A DNA stretch of 64,000 nucleotides from an uncultured Faecalibacterium sp. (lineage in GTDB: Bacteria; Bacillota; Clostridia; Oscillospirales; Ruminococcaceae), in assembly GCA_964599695.1 (NCBI GenBank), contig CAZRGP010000009.1:1019-65018 (forward strand), read 5' to 3'. This document shows, piece after piece, positions 15,944 to 23,444 of this stretch (positions are counted from its first letter, which is position 1; every line of letters begins with the position of its first letter). The notes below the pieces were generated by a model. The model saw only the letters and a program-made list of their open reading frames with translations, did not search any database and was not told the origin of the DNA. The position numbers and the translations under genes were made by a program.

Positions 15944-16234
15944 TCAAAAACCTAATGTCAATTCATTTTTGTCAGCGTCGTACGTTGCGCTTTTGTAAAC
16001 CCAACCGCCAACTGCGATTTCATCAAGTGTCGTCGATTCTGTAAGAACCAGTGACGGATCGGATTCGGTGACGACGACGACCGTCGTATCATCTTCGATT
16101 TTGTTCGCAACGCTGGCGTCGAACTTGTACAACCCCAGATAAAAATCATCTTTAATCGTGAGAGCGTCCAGATAACGCTTGCTGTTCAAATATGCTTTAC
16201 GGTTTCTACGGATAGTGTTGATGTTCTTATTCAT
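15944..16234 (-). CDS. Hypothetical 96-aa protein
   Basis: GAGAAGGGA RBS. No recognisable family. Confidence 0.55.
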   Translation of the reverse strand: MNKNINTIRRNRKAYLNSKRYLDALTIKDDFYLGLYKFDASVANKIEDDTTVVVVTESDPSLVLTESTTLDEIAVGGWVYKSATYDADKNELTLGF

Positions 16235-16286
16235 GGTGTTTCCCTTCTCCCCGTCTCGCCGTTAGGTCAGCGATCATATTGTGTTA

Positions 16287-16454
16287 TTAAATGTCGAAAT
16301 CGACTGTCTGCGCTAATTCGAACTGCGCCCCGTTGGCGTCTATTGCCACGATGAAAATGTACCCGCAATCGTCGTACATTTTAATGATCTCTGCGACCTT
16401 CGCGAACGCGGAAGGGTTCTTAACTGTGATGCTATTCATTACCATTTCTGTCAT
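16287..16454 (-). CDS. Hypothetical 55-aa protein, first gene of the leftward operon (cro position, no obvious HTH)
   Basis: AAAGGGGGA RBS 7 nt before the ATG. MTEMVMNSITVKNPSAFAKVAEIIKMYDDCGYIFIVAIDANGAQFELAQTVDFDI. Read by hand, below the track cutoff. Confidence 0.5.
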   Translation of the reverse strand: MTEMVMNSITVKNPSAFAKVAEIIKMYDDCGYIFIVAIDANGAQFELAQTVDFDI

Positions 16455-16500
16455 TTTGGTGTCCCCCTTTGTTGTTGTGTTGTTGTCCTCTGTGATTCAA

Positions 16501-16529
16501 ATTCTAATCTATTCGTTTTCGAATGTCAA
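16501..16529 (-). promoter_or_regulatory. Leftward promoter of the toxin operon (TTGACA-17nt-TAGAAT) with operator O1 ATTCGTTTTCGAAT (16511-16524) in the spacer
   Basis: Consensus hexamers read on the minus strand. A perfect 5+5 inverted repeat lies between them. Confidence 0.65.
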
Positions 16530-16558
16530 TATATTTTTTTAGATTTTGAAAAATATTT

Positions 16559-16588
16559 TTTCGGTTTCGAATAATTTTGTGATATAAT
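16559..16588 (+). promoter_or_regulatory. Rightward promoter of the XRE repressor (extended -10 TGaTATAAT) with operator O2 TTTCGGTTTCGAAT over the -35 region
   Basis: O2 (16559-16572) matches O1 at 12 of 14 positions. TATAAT at 16583-16588 is preceded by TG. Confidence 0.55.
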
Positions 16589-16617
16589 ACAACAAACATA
16601 GAAAGCGGGTGTATCAA

Positions 16618-16935
16618 ATGACAACGTTTCAAATAAGACTTAAACAAGCCATGGAAAACGCTGGTATTTCTCAAACAGAATTATCAAAAGTTACCAATAT
16701 CAGACAAGGAACTTTGTCTTGCTACCTCACGGGGCGATACGAAGCGAAGCAAGACAAAGTTTATCTTTTAGCAACGGCGCTACACGTCAGCCCCGCATGG
16801 CTCATGGGTTACGATGAAGAAGATCCGCCGAAGACGTCTGACGCTCTACTTGCTCTTTATCACACTCTTTCCCCAGAAAAACAGGCGGAAGCGATCCGCT
16901 ATCTTCGTTACTTAACGCAAGAAGATAATCAATGA
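16618..16935 (+). CDS. XRE-family HTH repressor (cI-like, no peptidase domain)
   Basis: IRLKQAMENAGISQTELSKVTNIRQGTLSCYLTGRYEAKQDKVYLLATALHVSPAWLMGYD. Divergent from the operon and co-oriented with the integrase. Confidence 0.85.
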   Translation: MTTFQIRLKQAMENAGISQTELSKVTNIRQGTLSCYLTGRYEAKQDKVYLLATALHVSPAWLMGYDEEDPPKTSDALLALYHTLSPEKQAEAIRYLRYLTQEDNQ

Positions 16936-17017
16936 AACGCAATTTGTTTTTGCCATTTAACGTTTCGTACAATTCAATTACCAATTCCACTGTATTCACC
17001 ACCTTTCGATTTTGAGT

Positions 17018-17052
17018 ATAAAAAAAGTACTGTCCAGTTGTACGGACAGTAC
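17018..17052 (-). terminator. Orphan minus-strand terminator between the repressor and integrase genes
   Basis: AGTACTGTCC-agttgtac-GGACAGTACT; on the minus strand it is followed by TTTTTTT. Confidence 0.5.
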
Positions 17053-17069
17053 TCAAACGGGGACACTTT

Positions 17070-18101
17070 ATGAAAAAGAGAAAAGACGGACTTTATTATC
17101 AGCAAGTGACTATAAACGGGAAGCGCAAGGTGTTTTCGTCGAAAGACAAAAAGAAACTGATGCTGAAAGTTGCTATGTATCGACAAGAGAACAGCGGGTT
17201 GCCGTTCTTTCGGGACGTCGCGGAAGCATGGAAGGAAGAACACTGGGACGAGATCCAATTCGGAACATTCCGATGCTACAACGCACCATTCACCAGACTG
17301 CTGGAACAGTTCGGAGATTCCCGTCTGGACGAGATCACGCCCCAGATGCTTCGGGCGTACTTTCAACAGCAAGGCAAGAAGTACGCATACAAAACCGTCG
17401 CCAACACCAAGACCGTTCTGAACCAGATTTTCAACTATGCTATCGTCGAAAAAGGCGTCGATTTAATCAACCCTGTCGCTTCTGTCACCATCCCCAAAAA
17501 CCTTGCCCGAAACTCGCGGAACGTTCTGACGCCAGAACAGTGCGCCGAAATTTTGAAGACGGGAAAAGACGAATTTCAACTTGCCTATCTCATATACTTC
17601 ACGGGACTGCGCTGTGCGGAAGCAATCGGGCTAACGATGAAATCTGTCGATTTGAAGAACAACGTAATCAACGTCACCCAGTCTATCCATCATCACGGCA
17701 ACCGCCCCGAAATCGGCACGCTAAAGTCACAGTCTGCGTACAGACAGATTCCTTTGCCAGAAGAATTAAAAGCCAGAATCAAAGCGTTACACCGCGCACC
17801 CGATGAATTTATCGTTTCTGGCGCTGAACCGCTGACGAAGTCCGCGCTGACGAAACGCTGGCTTCACTGGTGCAAGGATCACGGGTTAGTTGAAGACGGC
17901 AAACCTACCATCGACCGCCACCAGATCCGCCACACCTACACCACCATGCTGTACAACGCGGGCGTCGACGTAAAGTCCATGCAAGAAATTCTGGGACACT
18001 CTGATATCTCTATGACCCTTCGGACTTACACCCACCTAACGCAAGAGCAATTCAATAAGGCAAGCGCGCAGATCAACGGAATTTTCGAACGAAACGCATA
18101 G
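17070..18101 (+). CDS. int: Tyrosine recombinase / phage integrase
   Basis: 343 aa. SAM-like N-domain, then catalytic-domain motifs GLRCAEAIGL, HQIRHTYTT, LGHSDISMTLRTYTH. Confidence 0.9.
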   Translation: MKKRKDGLYYQQVTINGKRKVFSSKDKKKLMLKVAMYRQENSGLPFFRDVAEAWKEEHWDEIQFGTFRCYNAPFTRLLEQFGDSRLDEITPQMLRAYFQQQGKKYAYKTVANTKTVLNQIFNYAIVEKGVDLINPVASVTIPKNLARNSRNVLTPEQCAEILKTGKDEFQLAYLIYFTGLRCAEAIGLTMKSVDLKNNVINVTQSIHHHGNRPEIGTLKSQSAYRQIPLPEELKARIKALHRAPDEFIVSGAEPLTKSALTKRWLHWCKDHGLVEDGKPTIDRHQIRHTYTTMLYNAGVDVKSMQEILGHSDISMTLRTYTHLTQEQFNKASAQINGIFERNA

Positions 18102-18153
18102 TGGGCGCATACCGCACCGTGCAAGCCCCTATAAAATAGGGATTGTGTGATAC

Positions 18154-18176
18154 TTCGAATCCCGCCACTCCGACCA
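18154..18176. repeat. attR: second copy of the 23-bp tRNA-Pro 3' end
   Basis: TTCGAATCCCGCCACTCCGACCA, identical to 10468..10490. Confidence 0.85.
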
Positions 18177-18180
18177 GAGG

Positions 18181-18215
18181 GATCCGTCGCGCAGGGCGAA
18201 CGGATCTTTTCTTTT
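18181..18215 (+). terminator. Displaced original tRNA-Pro terminator
   Basis: GATCCGTCGC-gcagg-GCGAACGGATC followed by TTTTCTTTT, immediately after attR. Confidence 0.6.
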
Positions 18216-18243
18216 GCCGGGAAACTTCCCGAAAACGCAGTAT

Positions 18244-18271
18244 TTGCATTTTAAAACTTTGTCATTATAAT
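18244..18271 (+). promoter_or_regulatory. Candidate sigma-A promoter (TTGCAT-16nt-TATAAT) for the ydbC-like/HD gene pair
   Basis: Hexamers at 18244-18249 and 18266-18271. Confidence 0.45.
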
Positions 18272-18311
18272 TAGTACTACAAAAAAAGTTTAATATTTTC
18301 ACGGAGGAAAA

Positions 18312-18533
18312 ATGGCTGAATTTTCATATGAAATCGTAGAACAGATCGGCGTTCTTTCCCAGAACACCAACGGATGGTCCCGCCAGATCAACAAGATCAG
18401 CTGGAACGGACGCGATCCCAAGTTTGATATCCGCGACTGGGCTCCCAACAACGAAAAGATGGGAAAAGGTATTTCCCTCTCCATGGAAGAGCTCCAGATC
18501 CTCAAAGACATCCTGAATTCTATGGACATCTGA
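18312..18533 (+). CDS. YdbC-like PC4-fold ssDNA-binding protein
   Basis: 73 aa. GVLSQNTNGWSRQINKISWNGRDPKFDIRDWAPNNEKMGKGISL resembles YdbC as I recall it. GGAGG RBS. Confidence 0.75.
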   Translation: MAEFSYEIVEQIGVLSQNTNGWSRQINKISWNGRDPKFDIRDWAPNNEKMGKGISLSMEELQILKDILNSMDI

Positions 18534-18538
18534 CTGCG

Positions 18539-19123
18539 ATGATAATGACGGAAAACCACGAAAGATTCCTGAACATTTTTGATCAGCACGTCCACAGGGA
18601 CGGCTCTTCCGCCCTTTTGGACTGGATGGAAAAACGCACCGACTTCTTTGAAGCCCCCGCAAGCACCAAGTTTCACGGAGCATGCAAGGAAGGACTGCTC
18701 ATCCACTCCCTCAACGTCTATGATCTGCTGAAGAAAAGAAATGATGAAGATCACTGCGAGACCGAGGAGACCATCGCGATCTGCGCCCTTCTCCACGACT
18801 TGTGCAAGACCAACTTCTACAAGGAATCCACCAGAAACGTAAAGAACAACGCGACCGGACAGTGGGAGCAGGTACCCTATTACAGCATCGATGATCAATT
18901 TCCCTACGGGCATGGTGAAAAATCCGTCTATCTCATCGAACGCTTCATGCGCCTCAAACCCTTTGAGGCCATCGCCATCCGCTGGCACATGGGCGGTTTC
19001 GACGATAACGCAAGAGTGGGCGGCTTCAACGTTGCCAACTCCTTCACCAGATATCCCCTGGCAGTGAAACTGCATCTCGCCGACCTGGAGGCCACTTACC
19101 TGGTGGAAGGCGGAAATAAATAA
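18539..19123 (+). CDS. HD-domain phosphohydrolase
   Basis: 194 aa. FHGACKEGLLIHSL ... ALLHDLCK ... HGEKS ... IRWHMG motifs. Confidence 0.75.
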   Translation: MIMTENHERFLNIFDQHVHRDGSSALLDWMEKRTDFFEAPASTKFHGACKEGLLIHSLNVYDLLKKRNDEDHCETEETIAICALLHDLCKTNFYKESTRNVKNNATGQWEQVPYYSIDDQFPYGHGEKSVYLIERFMRLKPFEAIAIRWHMGGFDDNARVGGFNVANSFTRYPLAVKLHLADLEATYLVEGGNK

Positions 19124-19135
19124 CTTCTGCACATT

Positions 19136-19167
19136 AAAAACGGACAATCTCACGATTGTCCGTTTTC
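19136..19167. terminator. Bidirectional terminator between convergent genes
   Basis: AAAAA-CGGACAATC-tcac-GATTGTCCG-TTTTC. Confidence 0.8.
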
Positions 19168-19169
19168 TG

Positions 19170-22100
19170 TTATCCCTGTTTTTCGTCTTCTTTGCGGTAG
19201 GCAATCTCAACGGTGCCCGTATTGCTCTTCTCACCCCTCGGAACATATCCCAGGCGGCTCTCAAGTTCGCTGACATACTGCCGCAGGGCAATGATCTCGT
19301 TGTCTCTCTGGGAAAGGGAGATATCCCTTCTCACCACTTCCCCGTTCAGGGTATTGATGCGGAGTTCATACTCCAACACCTTATGCCGGACATTGCTGAT
19401 CTCCTGCTTCGCCTGATTCATGACAGCATCCCGCTTACGAAGCTCTGCCACAGCATCATTGTAGCGCTTGACGACGCTCTGGATGATCTGGCCCTTCTCT
19501 TCGACTTCAGCCTGCAGCTGAACGTTCTTCTGGTGCAGGTTCTTCACATACTCGCGGATCTGGCCGATCTGCTGGGCAAATCCCTGATTCTGTTCCTCAA
19601 GCTGCTTCCTCAGGTCGGAAATGGTCGCATCGTAACCGCCCAGTTCGTCCTGATGCTCTTTCTCCAGTTTCGAGATGCTTGCCTTGTACTGCTCGTACTG
19701 CCTCTGCAGTCTCTTCTGAAGATCCCGCTTATCCGACTCGCTGGACTCTTCGCGCTGAGCGAGAGACTGTTTCGTCTCCTCGATCAGTGAAGCGGAGCGC
19801 GCCTGTTCCGCGTTGAACTTCTCTTCCCAGGCCTGCTCGCTCTCCTGACGGAGCCGCTTTTCCTCGTTGTACTGCTGTTCCAGATTGGAGACTGTCTCCT
19901 CGAAGGTCCGCTTGCGGTCGCGGTACTGGTTAAGGATATTCACCAATTCCGCATCCCTGCGAGAGATCTCACTGTCGTATTTCGCCTGCATCTCCGCGAT
20001 GCTGGACCGATATCCCTCGATCTCCTTCTGGTAGCGCGTCAGCTCATTGCGGTTCACATTGCTCTGTCCGCGTTCAGAGTCGAGATTGCTCTCCAGTTCA
20101 GTGATGCGGTTTTCATATTTCTCGATCTCTTCCCGGTATTCCTGAAGCTTGGTGATGCTCAGTGCCCTGAGATCCTTCTCAGACTGGTACTTCCGCTCCA
20201 GTTCGGAAACATTGTTTTCAAACGCGACGATCTTCGCCGCATACTCCTCCTGCATCTGGGTGATGCTGGAGTCCTGTTTCTCACGGTTGAGCTCGTAAGT
20301 CTTCTGGAGATCTGCAAGCTGCCTCTGATACTGGGATACTTCGGCGTTGTACTGATGGCGTATCTGGTTGAGATTCTCCTCCGAGGCAAGACGCTCTTCC
20401 TCGTTTCGTTTTTTCAGTTCTTCCAGGTCATTCTGGACCTGTGCCATCTCTTCATTATGCTGAGAAGTGAGGACCTTGACATTCTCCGCATGCTGACTCT
20501 TCTCAGCCTCGATCTCCGCGCGGAGATCCTCCACTTCGGAGACATATCTGCTGAGCACCTGCTGATGCTTGATCTCGGTCTCTCTGATCCTGGCGGCGGA
20601 CTCTTCCGACGCTTCATCCACCTGCTGTCTGAGCAGATCGATGTCCTTCTGGAACTGTCCTACCTCCTCCTCATGCTGCTGCCTGAGGGAGGCGATCTCC
20701 TTCTCATGCGCCTCTTTCTCCTCCCGCTGCTGGCTCTCCAGCAGGGTCAGAGCGTCCTCATATTTCCTGATCTCATCCTTGTACGCCTGCAGTTCCTGAA
20801 TGCTGTGCTCATACAGTGAGATTTCTTCGTTATACTTTCGTTCAAGTTCCGAGATGCTTGCCTCATACCGCATAGCGGCGGAAGCGGAATTCTGACGGAT
20901 CTGTTCCAGTACACGATCCCGCCCGGTAAGTTCATTCTCGTATTCTTCCTTCAGTGTAGACAGATCGGAAGATGTCGCGGAATAATTCGCCCGCAGAGTC
21001 TCCATTTCCTGGAGCTGCGTACGGTAATGCTCGGTCTCATCGGAATACTGTTCCTTGAGCCGTGCGATCTCCTGTTCGAAGGAAGCTACCTTCTCCTCAT
21101 GCTCGGAAGAAAGGCGAGCGATCTCCTGACGCTTCTCCTCCCTCTCCTTCTCGATCTGGTTCCTGGCTTCCTCCAGCTGTGAACTGACAGCACTTATACG
21201 CGCCTCATACTGCTGGGATATCTCCTGTACGCTAGATCTCTGCTTTGCGCGCTCCTCTTCGAGCCGTTCGTCCGCTTCCCTTTTCGCACGCTCGAGTTCC
21301 TCACGGTTCTGCTGTTCGAGGTCTTCCAGTCTGGCGCTCTGCTGAACCAGTTTCTCTTCCGCTTCTCTCCGGATGCGGTCCAGTTCTTCCTGTTTCTGCC
21401 GCTCGAGATCCGCCAGTCTTCTTTCGCCTTCCTGCCGGATCTGCAGGATAGCGTCCTGCTTTTCCTGCTCCAGTTCGCGGATGCGGTTCAGGCTGCTGTT
21501 CTCGGTCTCCTCGATCTTCTCCCGGCTCTCCCTGGAGATCCTTTCCAAGTCCTGACGTAACTCTTCCGTCTGCCTGGGGATCTCCCCTTTGAGGGAGGCG
21601 ATCTGAGACTCGTATTCTTCTTTTCTCTTATCCAGGACAGACTGCAGCAAAGAGATCCTCTGCTCGTACTCCTCCTGTTTTTCCTTCATGAGCGAAGCAG
21701 CGGCATTGCTCTCATCCAGAGATCTGCGGAGATTCTCGATCTCCTCCTCTTTCTCCTTCGAGTAGTAATCCGCGCCGTTAAGAAGTTCCTTCTGGGAAGC
21801 GATCTCGTTCTTCAGAGCTTCGATCTGATTCGCGCTGTCTTCGACACGCTGCTCGTATCTCGTGCGCTCCACGATCATCTCTCCCTCAAGGGAAGAGACC
21901 TGGGATGCGAGGTCGTCGATCCGGTCCTTCTGTTCTTCCTTTTCGCGGGTCAGGACCTGGATGCGCTCTTCAAAACGGGAGAATTCTCCCTGGGAAAGAT
22001 CCGCGTTCTCCTTCTTCAGCCGCTCGATCTCCTGCTGGCTGCGCTCGGCGGAAGCGAGGAGCTTCCTGATCTCCTCCTCCTTCTCCGACACCGTATCCTG

Positions 22101-22592
22101 CAGTTCATCGCGGCTGACTGTGAACTCGGTGCGCGCGTTCTCAGACGCGGCAAGAGCTTCCCTCAGCTTCTCGTGCAGATCGTTCTTCTCAGAGACCTCG
22201 TTGCTGTACTTCTCCGCAAGGGCGTCCACTTCCTTGCTCAGGCCCTCGATCTTCTCCTTATAGGAGTCCTCGATCTCGTGGAAATCCTGAACGTAGGCGA
22301 TCTCAGAGACGACCTTGTCGCGCATCTCGTTGATCTGGGCGTCCAGCGTATCAGACCGCTCCTGGAGGACAGCGTTCACACGCTGCAGCCTCTCGAGAGA
22401 CTCGTTAAGTCTCCTCTCCTCCGCGGCGTATTCGGAATACAAGCGGTCTATGTAACTCATGACCGCCTCTTTGTTGAACCCAAAAACGGACGTGCGGAAG
22501 GAATTCTTTCCATCCGCCGTCACGTTCAACATAGCACTCCGCATAACCGGGCTGTCTGCTGGTATATCGTTTTTTCTGTTATCTGATGCCAT
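19170..22592 (-). CDS. 1140-aa coiled-coil protein with DivIVA-like N-terminal motif and internal repeats
   Basis: N-terminus FRTSVFGFNKEAVMSYIDRLYSEY. About 1000 aa of E/K/Q/R-rich heptad-like sequence. Repeated SELERKY(N/Q)-type modules. Confidence 0.85.
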   Translation of the reverse strand: MASDNRKNDIPADSPVMRSAMLNVTADGKNSFRTSVFGFNKEAVMSYIDRLYSEYAAEERRLNESLERLQRVNAVLQERSDTLDAQINEMRDKVVSEIAYVQDFHEIEDSYKEKIEGLSKEVDALAEKYSNEVSEKNDLHEKLREALAASENARTEFTVSRDELQDTVSEKEEEIRKLLASAERSQQEIERLKKENADLSQGEFSRFEERIQVLTREKEEQKDRIDDLASQVSSLEGEMIVERTRYEQRVEDSANQIEALKNEIASQKELLNGADYYSKEKEEEIENLRRSLDESNAAASLMKEKQEEYEQRISLLQSVLDKRKEEYESQIASLKGEIPRQTEELRQDLERISRESREKIEETENSSLNRIRELEQEKQDAILQIRQEGERRLADLERQKQEELDRIRREAEEKLVQQSARLEDLEQQNREELERAKREADERLEEERAKQRSSVQEISQQYEARISAVSSQLEEARNQIEKEREEKRQEIARLSSEHEEKVASFEQEIARLKEQYSDETEHYRTQLQEMETLRANYSATSSDLSTLKEEYENELTGRDRVLEQIRQNSASAAMRYEASISELERKYNEEISLYEHSIQELQAYKDEIRKYEDALTLLESQQREEKEAHEKEIASLRQQHEEEVGQFQKDIDLLRQQVDEASEESAARIRETEIKHQQVLSRYVSEVEDLRAEIEAEKSQHAENVKVLTSQHNEEMAQVQNDLEELKKRNEEERLASEENLNQIRHQYNAEVSQYQRQLADLQKTYELNREKQDSSITQMQEEYAAKIVAFENNVSELERKYQSEKDLRALSITKLQEYREEIEKYENRITELESNLDSERGQSNVNRNELTRYQKEIEGYRSSIAEMQAKYDSEISRRDAELVNILNQYRDRKRTFEETVSNLEQQYNEEKRLRQESEQAWEEKFNAEQARSASLIEETKQSLAQREESSESDKRDLQKRLQRQYEQYKASISKLEKEHQDELGGYDATISDLRKQLEEQNQGFAQQIGQIREYVKNLHQKNVQLQAEVEEKGQIIQSVVKRYNDAVAELRKRDAVMNQAKQEISNVRHKVLEYELRINTLNGEVVRRDISLSQRDNEIIALRQYVSELESRLGYVPRGEKSNTGTVEIAYRKEDEKQG

Positions 22593-22601
22593 ATCGTAGG
22601 T

Positions 22602-23384
22602 TTATTTTCCCGCCTTGATCAGATTTCTGACGCCCTGGACCGCGACCTTGATCGCCAGTTCGGTGTCATGATCCGAATCCTGAGGAAGACCTGCAGCCTC
22701 CCTCTCCTGGTTCCACACACAAAGCATTACCGCACCGGCTTTTGCGCCGAGGGTCTGGGAAACGGTAAACAGAGCCGCTGTCTCCATCTCGGAAACAAGG
22801 GCACCGCCCCTTACCCATGCCTGCCACTTGTTCAGCAGTTCATAGGAAACGGGCATCCTTTCAGGATCGTGCTGTCCGAAATAAGAATCCTTGCACTGGG
22901 CAACGCCCACATGATAGTGGCCGTCCGCCAGCTGTTTTGCAGCGTCGCGGAGAGCTATCGTGCAGTCCAGATCGGATACTGCCGGGAACTCGATGGGCAG
23001 GTATTCCCTGCTGGTTCCTTCCGCACGGATCGCCGCGTTGATGACGACTACGTCACCGGCGAGAACAGGGATCTGCATCCCGCCGCTGGTGCCGATGCGG
23101 ATAAAATATTCGATACCGATCTGGTGCAGCTCTTCAATGGCGATCGCCGTAGATGGACCGCCGATACCGTGGCTGCATACCAGTACTTTTTCACCATCCA
23201 GTTCACCAAGGAAAGAATGGTACTCTCTGTTAAAGGCAAGCTCTTTCGCGTTCTCGAGATGAGCCGCGATCTTGGGAACCCGGAACGGATCCCCCGGCAT
23301 GATAGCAAACCTTGCTCCTTCAAGGTCCGCCTTGCTTAGTCCGGTGTGGTACATCACTGTACCGTCATTACCACCATGCGCCAT
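22602..23384 (-). CDS. udp: Uridine phosphorylase
   Basis: HTGLSKADLEGARFAIMPGDPFRV...VCSHGIGGPSTAIAIEEL...IRIGTSGG closely follows my memory of E. coli Udp. Confidence 0.85.
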   Translation of the reverse strand: MAHGGNDGTVMYHTGLSKADLEGARFAIMPGDPFRVPKIAAHLENAKELAFNREYHSFLGELDGEKVLVCSHGIGGPSTAIAIEELHQIGIEYFIRIGTSGGMQIPVLAGDVVVINAAIRAEGTSREYLPIEFPAVSDLDCTIALRDAAKQLADGHYHVGVAQCKDSYFGQHDPERMPVSYELLNKWQAWVRGGALVSEMETAALFTVSQTLGAKAGAVMLCVWNQEREAAGLPQDSDHDTELAIKVAVQGVRNLIKAGK

Positions 23385-23444
23385 AAAACCAACCTCCGGT
23401 CAAAGCTGCTCTGAGCAGCCGATAATTATTTTTTTAAGATCCGA

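Larger units (their letters stand above)
10468..18176. mobile_element. ~7.7 kb tRNA-Pro-integrated element (defective prophage / satellite-like island) with integrase, XRE repressor, toxin-rich operon and truncated terminase
   Basis: Flanked by a perfect 23-bp direct repeat. Tyrosine integrase adjacent to attR. Phage-type lysogeny switch. Visibly more AT-rich than the flanks (not computed). Confidence 0.8.

Noticed and set aside
16291-16542. 83-aa plus-strand ORF in the island switch region.
   Set aside because: It is antisense to the RBS-bearing 55-aa first gene of the leftward operon and to the promoter/operator region. It has a hydrophobic junk-like composition and no RBS.
16974-17806. 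Alternative-frame ORFs (132 aa on the minus strand, 264 aa on the plus strand) overlapping the integrase gene.
   Set aside because: The integrase frame carries the full R..H-x-x-R..Y catalytic motif set. The alternatives are Arg/Ser-rich frame shadows.
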